DNA of 64,000 nucleotides from Candidatus Pacearchaeota archaeon (GTDB taxonomy: Archaea > Nanobdellota > Nanobdellia > Pacearchaeales > GW2011-AR1). Of the stretch, positions 9,590-18,457 are shown piece after piece. The stretch covers positions 321,497 to 385,496 of the forward strand of contig JBEKXS010000001.1 in NCBI GenBank assembly GCA_049511795.1, written 5' to 3'. Below the pieces are notes generated by a model. The model was given only the letters and a program-made list of their open reading frames with translations, did not search any database and had not been told where the DNA came from. Every line of letters starts with the position of its first letter. Positions within the stretch are counted from its first letter, which is position 1. The translations under genes were made by a program, and so were the position numbers.

Positions 9590-10110
9590 GAGCATTTATT
9601 TCTGTTGATATTCCTGAAAATATCTTAAAAGAGATTGAAAAAATCCAGAAAAAACTACCTGCCTTTGAAGGAAAAATAACTGAATTAGAGAATTTGCACT
9701 TGACATTGAAATTTCTTGGAAATGTTGATGAAAAAATTCTAATTGAAGTAAAAAGAAGGCTTAAAGAAATTAAATATAAGAAATTCGAAGCAAAAATCTC
9801 CGAGATTGGAGTTTTTTCGCCTTCTTACGTAAAAATAGTATGGGTTAAATTAGATAACTGCTATGATCTCCAAAGAATTATTGATGAAAAATTAGAAGAT
9901 ATTTTCAAAAAAGAAGAAAGATTTATGGGCCATATAACAATTGCACGTGTTAAATACATTAAAAACAAGAAATATTTTTTAGGGGAGCTGAAAAAAACAG
10001 AAATTCCTGATGGATTAAAATTTAAAGTCAAAAACTTTAAACTTAAGAAATCAGAACTTAAACCAGAAGGACCCATTCATAAAATTATTGAAGAATATAG
10101 GCTAGAATAA
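9577..10110 (+). CDS. RNA 2',3'-cyclic phosphodiesterase / 2'-5' RNA ligase (LigT/ThpR, 2H family)
   Basis: Two H-x-T/S-x motifs (HLTLKF and HITIAR) at the spacing typical of 2H phosphoesterases. Confidence 0.75.
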   Translation: MGFLRAFISVDIPENILKEIEKIQKKLPAFEGKITELENLHLTLKFLGNVDEKILIEVKRRLKEIKYKKFEAKISEIGVFSPSYVKIVWVKLDNCYDLQRIIDEKLEDIFKKEERFMGHITIARVKYIKNKKYFLGELKKTEIPDGLKFKVKNFKLKKSELKPEGPIHKIIEEYRLE

Positions 10111-10119
10111 AAAATAAGA

Positions 10120-10812
10120 TTAATATTTACTGTTTATTATCCTAATAAAATTTTCTGATTTTTTCCCAAGCTCTTCTTTTAATTCTTCTTCGGGCAGATT
10201 CATTATTTCCTTTATTGTCTTGAATTTTTTAAGAAGTTTTCTTGCTGTTTTTGGGCCTATTCCTGGAAATCCTTCAAGGATATACTGCATTTGCTCCTTC
10301 TTGTTGCGGAATTTTTTTGTCACATTTAAAGGAGATTCCCGCGGTTTCTTCTTTGCAAGGACAGAAATGAATTTTGCTGTATCTTCATAGTTTTTAGTAA
10401 AAACTATCGGTGTTTTGTAATTAAGGAGAATTGAAAGAAGGAAACCACGAATAGAATTAGGATGCATTCCAATTCTTTCTTCTGGCCCGTCATCTGAATA
10501 AAGCTCCTGCTCATCAATACCTTCGATAATTAACAAGCGGGATTCATACTGCTTTAATTCTTCTAACTGATTTACTAAACGTCCAGATTTCATTGAATTT
10601 ATGAAATCAGAAACTGTTTTTCTTTCAATAGCAACTCCTGCAACAATATAATCTGCAACTTTCAGCTCTTTTACTTCTGAATCAACTCCTAACGATACAA
10701 GCTCTGAAATAATTAATGAACTTTTTTCTCTGTAATCTGCTTGTATTCTTGGTTTTTCAATTATTCTTTCTTTAGGTGTTTTTCTCAGGAAAATATTTAG
10801 TATTTCTTTCAT
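10120..10812 (-). CDS. XPF/Hef ERCC4-type nuclease domain with C-terminal HhH2
   Basis: ERCC4 motif GVAIERKTVSDF; C-terminal GFPGIGPKTARKLL helix-hairpin-helix; in frame with upstream helicase after one TAA. Confidence 0.8.
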   Translation of the reverse strand: MKEILNIFLRKTPKERIIEKPRIQADYREKSSLIISELVSLGVDSEVKELKVADYIVAGVAIERKTVSDFINSMKSGRLVNQLEELKQYESRLLIIEGIDEQELYSDDGPEERIGMHPNSIRGFLLSILLNYKTPIVFTKNYEDTAKFISVLAKKKPRESPLNVTKKFRNKKEQMQYILEGFPGIGPKTARKLLKKFKTIKEIMNLPEEELKEELGKKSENFIRIINSKY

Positions 10813-10815
10813 TTT

Positions 10816-12375
10816 TTATTTTAGAGTTTTCTGAAAATCTTGCTTTTGTTTTTCATTAAGACCTTCTTTGATTGAGTTTATTGCAGTGCTCATTTTTCTT
10901 TCTTTTGCCCTTGAACTATAAAAATAGGCTTCATCCCTTGTTTTTCTCGTTATTAACATTATAACTTTTCCTTTCATTAATCTTGCTGTACGTCCAGCTC
11001 GCTGAATAGCCCTTATTGCAGAAGGAACAGGCTCATAAAAAATAACAACATTGACTTCTGGAATGTCAAGCCCCTCCTCGCCTATGCTTGTTGCACATAT
11101 GATATTAATTTTCCTTTCTGAAAACTCTTCTATTATTTTCTTTTGCTCTTTTTGTGTTAATCCAGATATTCCTTCTTTACTCACTTTTTTTGCCTGACCA
11201 ACAAAAACTTTGGATTTTACTTCAGGAATAGTATTTAACATTTTACAAAGAATTCTTGCTGTTTCTCTGAACTGGGAGAAAACAATTATCTTAACTTTTT
11301 CATTTTCCCTGAATTCTTTTTCAACAATTTCGTGGAGAGCCTGAATTTTTGGATGTTCATGACCTCTGGCCAAAAGTTCCTCTGAATTAATCAAAGCAAA
11401 ATTAAATTCCGGTTTTGAAACAAGCCTCATTACTCCTTTATTTTGTTTTTTTGCAGCCTGGCTATAAAGTTCTTTCATATACTTATTGAATCCATACATT
11501 GTCTGAGTTTCAAGAAGTTCCATAGCATGCTGAAGCTTTACTGCCTGAGCGCATGCGCTTGATGCAAGAAGAGTATTAAAATTTTTATTCCCCTGAGAAA
11601 TCATAAACATTAATTTTTTCTGCAGCTTTATTAGCTCTGTTTTTGTAGGAGCACCAAAGAAGACTTTCCTGTTTCTCAGCTCATCTACATATGAATGGAA
11701 GAGTCTTAGGAGAGCTTCGCGTACTTCCTGGAATTTTTTGGGTAAGTCAAGAACAATTTTCTCAAACTTAAGTTCCTGAAGATAAGGAGCTACATCAGCA
11801 CTGTCCCTGTTTCTTAATTCAACTTCTTCTATTGAAAGATTTTTGCAAATGTCCTTTATTTTTGATGCTTCACTTCCTGGAGAAGCTGTCAGACCAAGAA
11901 TTCTTGGATGTTTTGCTGTATCCATGTATTTTCTTGCAAGATAGTTATATGAATAATTTTGAACACAGCGATGAGCCTCATCTTCTATTAAAAGACAAAC
12001 ATCATCTAAATTGTAAAGCCCATTGCTTACATCATTTGCAACACATTGGGGCGTTGAGAAAATTATATCTGCATAACCCCAGATTTTCTGCCTGTTTTCT
12101 GGAGAAACTTCTCCAGTGAATAGTTCAAGAGAACCAAAAAGTTCTGAAAGGTTGCTTTTGAAATATAAAAGATGTTGTTCTGCAAGAGGTTTTGTAGGAG
12201 CCAGAAAAACAACTTTTTCACCTGGAAATTTTTTTATCCTTTCAACAGTAAGCATTAGTGCAATAAGAGTTTTTCCCAAACCTGTAGGAAGAACAACAAG
12301 GCAGTTTTTCTGGACACATGTTTCAAATATTTTCTGCTGGTATTCTCTTGGTGTAACATTGGGCAAAAATTCCAT
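10816..12375 (-). CDS. Hef-type SF2 helicase module (DEAH box)
   Basis: Motif I PTGLGKT, motif II IEDEAHR, motif VI QRAGRTAR; Hef/FANCM-like domain order. Confidence 0.85.
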   Translation of the reverse strand: MEFLPNVTPREYQQKIFETCVQKNCLVVLPTGLGKTLIALMLTVERIKKFPGEKVVFLAPTKPLAEQHLLYFKSNLSELFGSLELFTGEVSPENRQKIWGYADIIFSTPQCVANDVSNGLYNLDDVCLLIEDEAHRCVQNYSYNYLARKYMDTAKHPRILGLTASPGSEASKIKDICKNLSIEEVELRNRDSADVAPYLQELKFEKIVLDLPKKFQEVREALLRLFHSYVDELRNRKVFFGAPTKTELIKLQKKLMFMISQGNKNFNTLLASSACAQAVKLQHAMELLETQTMYGFNKYMKELYSQAAKKQNKGVMRLVSKPEFNFALINSEELLARGHEHPKIQALHEIVEKEFRENEKVKIIVFSQFRETARILCKMLNTIPEVKSKVFVGQAKKVSKEGISGLTQKEQKKIIEEFSERKINIICATSIGEEGLDIPEVNVVIFYEPVPSAIRAIQRAGRTARLMKGKVIMLITRKTRDEAYFYSSRAKERKMSTAINSIKEGLNEKQKQDFQKTLK

Positions 12376-12447
12376 TTTGAGTGAAAACTTTGAGCATTAT
12401 TAAACATTATTCTTGTTAAATTAGACACAAAGAAAAAATAATTTTAT

Positions 12448-13071
12448 TTATGTCAAGAAAAAGACGTAACCAACACCAATCAGGACAAGTGTTGCTAGGA
12501 AGCTCCACAATACAGTGTTTCCAAAGAAAATCTTGTTTCCATCAAGCTCTGATATAGGAAGCATATTAAAGAAAGCATAGAATATGCTTAATTTTGCAAA
12601 TGTTGAAAATCCAATAAGATATCCTACAACAGCTGCCACAAGAGTTATGAAAATTCCTGCTGCAGCAATCAATCCAATATGATACTCTGTCATTTCAGAG
12701 AAAGAGTAAAGACCATGCCTTTTTGCAGCTCTCGAAACTTTTGGCTTCACATCAAAGACAGTAATAGCCATCCAGAAAATATTACCCAGGGTTACAACAG
12801 CAACCAATATTGGAATTATAATTCCCAAAGGGATGTTCATGTACGAAAACTCACCTTTTCTATATCCAGATTTTTCAAAATTCCATATTCTTGTTTCTGC
12901 TTCTGAATCAAGATAGTAAGCTGCAACTTTTTTTGCGGCAACATTTAACACAATTATAATAAAAACAGCGAGGAGAATCCCAAGAAGAGACTGAAATTTC
13001 AGAAAGTTTATTGTAACTGCAAGAACTACTGTGGCAAGAATGATTGTTCCGATTTCTCTCTTTCCTAACAT
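12448..13071 (-). CDS. membrane protein with site-2-protease-like C-terminal motif, lacking HExxH
   Basis: NMLPISELDGNK resembles the M50 NxxPxxxLDG motif; no HExxH found; 5 hydrophobic helices. Confidence 0.35.
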   Translation of the reverse strand: MLGKREIGTIILATVVLAVTINFLKFQSLLGILLAVFIIIVLNVAAKKVAAYYLDSEAETRIWNFEKSGYRKGEFSYMNIPLGIIIPILVAVVTLGNIFWMAITVFDVKPKVSRAAKRHGLYSFSEMTEYHIGLIAAAGIFITLVAAVVGYLIGFSTFAKLSIFYAFFNMLPISELDGNKIFFGNTVLWSFLATLVLIGVGYVFFLT

Positions 13072-13207
13072 AGTTATAACACGAAATATTTTTTTATAAA
13101 GTTTGTTATTTTACGCTTTTACTCATCTTTTTCTCGTTTTTTGATGGTTTTTCTAATATACAGTAAAACGTAGAAAAGTATTTAAATAACTCTTAATAAT
13201 TTTTTAT

Positions 13208-13501
13208 ATGCGAGTCAGAAAAATAACAGAGGTTATAGGTCTTAGGGCCTTCACAGATTCTGGTGAATTCTTCGGAGAAGTTGAAGAAGCAAATCTAAAA
13301 GATAATAGAATAGATGGCTGGAGAATAAAAGTAGGTGGAAATGTTGTTTCTTTGGTTGGTGGAGCAAGAGGAGTCATAATCCCACACCAATTTGTAAAAG
13401 CAATAAGCGATGTTTTCATCATAAACAAGACAGCTATGCCTACTTCTGGTGGAATGGAATCTGCAACAGAAATTGAAGAAGTTCCTGAAGATTTGGTATA
13501 A
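13208..13501 (+). CDS. PRC-barrel domain protein
   Basis: VIGLRAF..GEFFGEVEEANL..GWRIKVGG pattern typical of PRC barrels. Confidence 0.5.
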   Translation: MRVRKITEVIGLRAFTDSGEFFGEVEEANLKDNRIDGWRIKVGGNVVSLVGGARGVIIPHQFVKAISDVFIINKTAMPTSGGMESATEIEEVPEDLV

Positions 13502-13552
13502 AAATATTTAAATAGAGTTCTCCACTTTATAGTTTATAGGACTTAATTTGAA

Positions 13553-14050
13553 ATGGCAGCGACAACAATATTACAAAGCTCAATCTTTACTGATTTTGCA
13601 TTTCCTTTTCTTCTAGTATTTTTCATACTTTTTGGAATTCTTGAAAAACTAAAGGTTTTCGGAGATGACAAGCATATGCTTAATGCAATGATTTCCTTTG
13701 TTGTTGGCTTGATTTTTGTCGCAGCTGTTTTTCCAAAGGCGATTGTCGGCAATCTGATACTTTTCCTTACTGTTGCAATTGTTGTTGTTTTCATAGCGCT
13801 TTTGCTTTGGGGATTTATGGTAGGTGAAATACCTAAAATTCCTAAAGGTCTTCAAGCAGGTTTAGGAATTGTTGTAATAATTGCAGTTGTTATTGCCGTA
13901 CTTTGGGCAATGGGAATTGCTACAAATACATTTGACTTCTTATTTAATTCAAGTTGGAGCTCAAGCTTCTGGACCAACTTTGCATTTATTGCTGTTGTAA
14001 TAATTGGAATGGCTGTTGCAATTGGTGGAAGCAAAGGCGGAAGTCATTAA
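13553..14050 (+). CDS. hypothetical membrane protein (paralog A)
   Basis: Shares FPFLLVFFILFGILEKLKVFGDDKHMLNAMISFVVGL block with the next ORF. Confidence 0.45.
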   Translation: MAATTILQSSIFTDFAFPFLLVFFILFGILEKLKVFGDDKHMLNAMISFVVGLIFVAAVFPKAIVGNLILFLTVAIVVVFIALLLWGFMVGEIPKIPKGLQAGLGIVVIIAVVIAVLWAMGIATNTFDFLFNSSWSSSFWTNFAFIAVVIIGMAVAIGGSKGGSH

Positions 14051-14124
14051 GAAATTCTAGTTTAAAGAGAGATTTTCAAAAATACTTTTCTATACTGTAA
14101 CAGAGAAACATATTTAAAGAATAT

Positions 14125-14697
14125 TTGATAAAATGTAATATGTTTGTGCATATTTTAAGTCTTCAGTTTGCAGGATTTTTTGGAGGCGATATCGGAAATC
14201 TTCTTGCTACATGGGAACAAGCAGGAGTTTTCAGTTATGTATTACCATTCTTGTTGATTTTCGCAGTTGTTTTTGGAATTCTTATGAAGATAAAAGTCTT
14301 TGGAGAAAACAGGGGGATAAATGCAGTCATTGCACTTGTCGTAGGACTTCTTTCACTCCAATTCCAATTAGTTCCTGTATTTTTCTCAGAAATCTTTCCT
14401 CAGCTTGGCGTAGGACTTTCTGTTCTGCTGGCTTTGATAATACTTACAGGATTGTTCTTTAGTTCAGAGGAAAATAAAGTTGTTAATTACCTTCTTTTGG
14501 CAGTTGCAGTAATTATCTTCCTGATTGTTATATACAATACAGCTACAAATCTTGGATTTTATTCAGGATACTGGTGGAGTGCGAATTGGCAATGGGTTAT
14601 ACTTGTTGCAGCAGTTATTGGTATTTTGGCAGCTGTTATAACTTCTGGAGCACCAAAAAAAGAAATGCCCCCAATTAAGCTTAATTGGGGCAAATAA
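14125..14697 (+). CDS. hypothetical membrane protein (paralog B)
   Basis: LPFLLIFAVVFGILMKIKVFGENRGINAVIALVVGL block is paralogous to the previous ORF; true start may be the internal Met. Confidence 0.45.
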   Translation: MIKCNMFVHILSLQFAGFFGGDIGNLLATWEQAGVFSYVLPFLLIFAVVFGILMKIKVFGENRGINAVIALVVGLLSLQFQLVPVFFSEIFPQLGVGLSVLLALIILTGLFFSSEENKVVNYLLLAVAVIIFLIVIYNTATNLGFYSGYWWSANWQWVILVAAVIGILAAVITSGAPKKEMPPIKLNWGK

Positions 14698-14733
14698 AAT
14701 TCTTAGAATTTTATAATTAAGATTTAAAATTAT

Positions 14734-15603
14734 TTATCTTCTCGAAATTTTTTTTATTGTCTTCTTTGATTTTTGCACAAGAATATTTCCTTTATTATCT
14801 TCTTCTCTTTGTATTGGTTGTTGAACAGGTGCTGGTTGTTGCTGCCTGAACACCGGTCTTTTTTCCTCTGCCCTATCTGCTAAATTATTAACAACTTTTC
14901 CAAATGAATCCTGCATCATTCCCATTTCCTTTTTAATAGATTCAAGTCCATCGCCGTAACCTTCAACCTTGTCAAGAATTGATGACTGAAGGCTGTCAAT
15001 TATGCTTTCTATTTTTTTCAGCCTTTCTGAAATGTAATCCACTTTTGACTGAGTAAGAACCTTGAACTCATTCATCTCATCAATTTTTTTCTGTATTGGC
15101 TTGTTTTTTTCAGAGAAAACCTGCTCTGCAACTTCCATCATTGTGTCTGTATCAGGAGCTGCCATTGGTGCATAACCATAACCCTGTTGCTGCGACTGGT
15201 CTTGCATTTCAGGATATTGCTGATATTGCTGTTGTGGATAAAAAGCATTTTGGGGTTCATACATGTCTTCTCCAGGAATTTCTTTTGTTATTTTTGCAGG
15301 CATTCCCATCATTGGCCTACCATATCCCATTCCAGGACTTGGAGGAGTGAGATCTGCATCAGTTATGTCTCCTTCTGTTGGAAGCCTGTCTGGTTCATCT
15401 TCGTTGCCAAGAATTGAATGTTCCATACCCTCTGTCGAGTCTCCTTGCTCATCAAGATTTGAAACAGCGCTTTTTATCTGTGCTCTGCTTAGGGCGTCTG
15501 TTATGTCTGCGGGAGCGAGGCCTTGTTCTGTAAGCTTTTGAATTATTTCTTGATCAGACACACCTTTATTTTTTAAATCAACAACCTGATCTAAAGCACC
15601 CAT
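14734..15603 (-). CDS. hypothetical protein: small N-terminal helical domain, Q/P/M-rich disordered linker, C-terminal coiled coil
   Basis: Compositional features only; divergently oriented to the pilus ATPase operon. Confidence 0.35.
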   Translation of the reverse strand: MGALDQVVDLKNKGVSDQEIIQKLTEQGLAPADITDALSRAQIKSAVSNLDEQGDSTEGMEHSILGNEDEPDRLPTEGDITDADLTPPSPGMGYGRPMMGMPAKITKEIPGEDMYEPQNAFYPQQQYQQYPEMQDQSQQQGYGYAPMAAPDTDTMMEVAEQVFSEKNKPIQKKIDEMNEFKVLTQSKVDYISERLKKIESIIDSLQSSILDKVEGYGDGLESIKKEMGMMQDSFGKVVNNLADRAEEKRPVFRQQQPAPVQQPIQREEDNKGNILVQKSKKTIKKISRR

Positions 15604-15659
15604 TTTTATTTTTTATTTTACCCCTTTTTATTTTGTTTTTCTTGTACTATCTCATTTAA

Positions 15660-16070
15660 TCAATCTTTTAATTTTTTTAAATCTTTTTTTCTTACAAATT
15701 CCAAAGGCTGGAACATTTTTGCCTGTTTTGTAAGTAGTTCAAGGTCCTCTTTTCTTGCAAATTTTGAAAATTCAGCAGATGCGCTTTCAAGGAAGGCTAT
15801 CAATCTTTCCATATTTCTTTTTATTTCCTCTAATTCTTTTTTTATTTCAAGAATGTCTGAAGATGTTTTTTCCTTTGTTTCAATAAGATTTTGGCCTATA
15901 AGAAGAATCCTTTCCCTAAGCATTTTCTGTTTTTCCTCCATGTCCCTGAATCTCATGCTTATGTCTGCCAAAAAAGAATCATTATTTTGCTGGATTTCTG
16001 CCATATTTAGAAGAGCACGAATTGGTTTAAATTTGTTGTGTTTATCGATATATTCGTGTGTAATATACAA
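15660..16070 (-). CDS. hypothetical coiled-coil protein
   Basis: Heptad-rich K/E sequence, 136 aa. Confidence 0.3.
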   Translation of the reverse strand: MYITHEYIDKHNKFKPIRALLNMAEIQQNNDSFLADISMRFRDMEEKQKMLRERILLIGQNLIETKEKTSSDILEIKKELEEIKRNMERLIAFLESASAEFSKFARKEDLELLTKQAKMFQPLEFVRKKDLKKLKD

Positions 16071-16102
16071 AGAATTTTAAACATCTCAAGCTTTTTTTTG
16101 AA

Positions 16103-18385
16103 ATGGCTGAACAAGAGGTGAAAATAGGTAGCTATGAAGTAAAAAGAGAAGGTGGAGAAGATATTCTTTACATAAATTATCTTGGCGCTCCATTTGTGCC
16201 AAACATTGCTGATTCGCCTGATGTTATGGCTAAAACAATTGATGCTCTTATAGAAAACCCAAATGCTTCAAGGGTTGTTTTTGTTCAGCAGAAAAATTAT
16301 AATTACAATCTTGAGGAAACGTCAATGCTTCTTGAGATTGCACAACTTTACAATTATTTTTCAAAACAGGAAAGACTTCTTTCCAGAGAAAAAATAGGAG
16401 GAATTGAACAATTCTTCCCACAAAGATACAATGAAATTTTCACATTCATTATGCTTCTGAAACAGGACCCTCTTGCATCTTATTTTGAAATGAAAAAAAT
16501 CCTGATAAACGCAAGGATTCTTTTGGAAAGTTTGGGAACAAGATACAAAATTGACCAAGCAGGATATATCAATCTTATTGAAAGAACTATTTCCTTGCTT
16601 GAGAATACTGTTTTAATTCAGAAAGCAATGCCCTGGCTTTCTGACTACAGGAAAGGAGATAGAGAAATTTATGGAAGAATTTTCAGTCCTGATGTAATAC
16701 CAAATTTCACATTCACAAGACTTGTTTCAGATCTTCCGGAAGACGCAGAAATAATTGACCAGTATGAAATTTCCGGAGAAGAATATGATGTATCGCTTGT
16801 TACAATCCTCAAAAAAATAGATGAACCAAAGTTAATTTATCATGTGATACCCCCAGAAAATGCATTAAGCGAGGATCATTCTGACTTATTGAATACTGCA
16901 AGAAAGGTTCTTATTGAACACCAACCAAAGGCAGAAGAATTTACAGACACTGAAAGAACAAGACAGGTTTTTTTCAATATTTCAAAAGATTTGTTGCAGG
17001 ATTTAAGCCAAAGCAAAAGAATAAATGTAAATTACTCTGATTTGAACAAACTTGCGACAATTCTTGTAAGACACACAATTGGATTTGGACTTATTGAAGT
17101 CCTTCTTCAGGATAAAAAATTGCAAGATATTTCTCTTAATGCTCCTATTTCAATGATTCCTATTTTTGTAAGACACCAAGATTATGATGAATGCATCTCT
17201 AATATTTTGCCAAGTCAGGAAGATACTGACTCATGGGCTGCAAAATTCAGATTGATTTCTGGAAGACCTTTAGATGAAGCAAATCCAATTCTTGATACGC
17301 AGCTTGAAATAGGAAAAATAAGAGCAAGAATAGCGATAATACAGAGACCATTGAGCCCTGATGGACTTGCTTATGCTATCAGAAGGCACAGAGAAGAGCC
17401 ATGGACACTTCCTTTGTTTGTGCAGAACAAGATGATGAATTCTTTCACAGCAGGTCTTATGAGTTTTTTGATTGATGGCTCAAGAACAATGCTTATTGCA
17501 GGAACAAGGAGCTCTGGAAAAACAAGTATTTTGGGAAGCTTGATGCTTGAAATAATTCCAAAATACAGAATTATTGTAATTGAGGATTCTTTGGAACTTC
17601 CTGTTGAATCTCTAAGAGAATTAAAATATGATATTTTAAGAATGAAAGTAAGAAGCGCACTGCTGAAAACAACAACAGAAGTTTCTGCAGACGATGGAAT
17701 AAGAACAAGTCTTAGGTTGGGAGACAGCTGTTTGATAATTGGTGAAGTCAGAAGTTTGGAAGCTCAGGCACTTTACGAAGCAATGAGAGTAGGTGCTTTG
17801 GCAAATGTTGTTGCAGGAACGATTCATGGAGCAAGCCCTTATGCTGTTTTTGATAGGGTTGTTAATGACCTTGATGTGCCAACAACAAGTTTCAAGGCAA
17901 CAGATATCATAGCTGTTGCAAATCCGATAAAAACTCCAGATGGATTGCACCAGTTCAAAAGGCTTGTGCAACTTTCTGAAGTAAGAAAAGAATGGGACAA
18001 AGATCCTCTTGAAGAAAAGGGTTTTGTTGATTTGCTGAGATACAATGTAGAGAAAGATGAGCTGGAGCCAACAGAGGATTTGATAAACGGCGACAGCGAA
18101 ATTGTGAAAGATATTGCCTCAAATGTCAGGGGCTGGGCAGGAAACTGGGATGCTGTTTATGACAATATTCTTTTAAGAGCAAAAGTTAAGCAGGAAGTAG
18201 TCGATGTTGCAGAAAAAACAAAGAATTACAAAATTTTGGAAGCTGGCTTTAACACAGAAGCAAATCATGCATTTCATAGAATTTCAGATAATATCGTACA
18301 AGAAATAGGACTGCCTTTAGGTGAAAGAGTTTTTCCAGAATGGCAGAAATGGCTCAATCAGAAAATCAAAGGAAAGAGCATATAA
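16103..18385 (+). CDS. type II/IV secretion-family ATPase (archaeal FlaI/PilB-like) with a long N-terminal extension
   Basis: Walker A GTRSSGKTS; conserved GEVRSLEAQALYEAMRVG..GTIHG block of VirB11/FlaI ATPases; 760 aa, about 350 aa longer than typical. Confidence 0.8.
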   Translation: MAEQEVKIGSYEVKREGGEDILYINYLGAPFVPNIADSPDVMAKTIDALIENPNASRVVFVQQKNYNYNLEETSMLLEIAQLYNYFSKQERLLSREKIGGIEQFFPQRYNEIFTFIMLLKQDPLASYFEMKKILINARILLESLGTRYKIDQAGYINLIERTISLLENTVLIQKAMPWLSDYRKGDREIYGRIFSPDVIPNFTFTRLVSDLPEDAEIIDQYEISGEEYDVSLVTILKKIDEPKLIYHVIPPENALSEDHSDLLNTARKVLIEHQPKAEEFTDTERTRQVFFNISKDLLQDLSQSKRINVNYSDLNKLATILVRHTIGFGLIEVLLQDKKLQDISLNAPISMIPIFVRHQDYDECISNILPSQEDTDSWAAKFRLISGRPLDEANPILDTQLEIGKIRARIAIIQRPLSPDGLAYAIRRHREEPWTLPLFVQNKMMNSFTAGLMSFLIDGSRTMLIAGTRSSGKTSILGSLMLEIIPKYRIIVIEDSLELPVESLRELKYDILRMKVRSALLKTTTEVSADDGIRTSLRLGDSCLIIGEVRSLEAQALYEAMRVGALANVVAGTIHGASPYAVFDRVVNDLDVPTTSFKATDIIAVANPIKTPDGLHQFKRLVQLSEVRKEWDKDPLEEKGFVDLLRYNVEKDELEPTEDLINGDSEIVKDIASNVRGWAGNWDAVYDNILLRAKVKQEVVDVAEKTKNYKILEAGFNTEANHAFHRISDNIVQEIGLPLGERVFPEWQKWLNQKIKGKSI

Positions 18386-18457
18386 AACTTGTTTTTACTT
18401 CTAAAGATTTATTAATTGTTTTTGACTGTAATTACCATCTATAAAAAGTGGTGAAAA

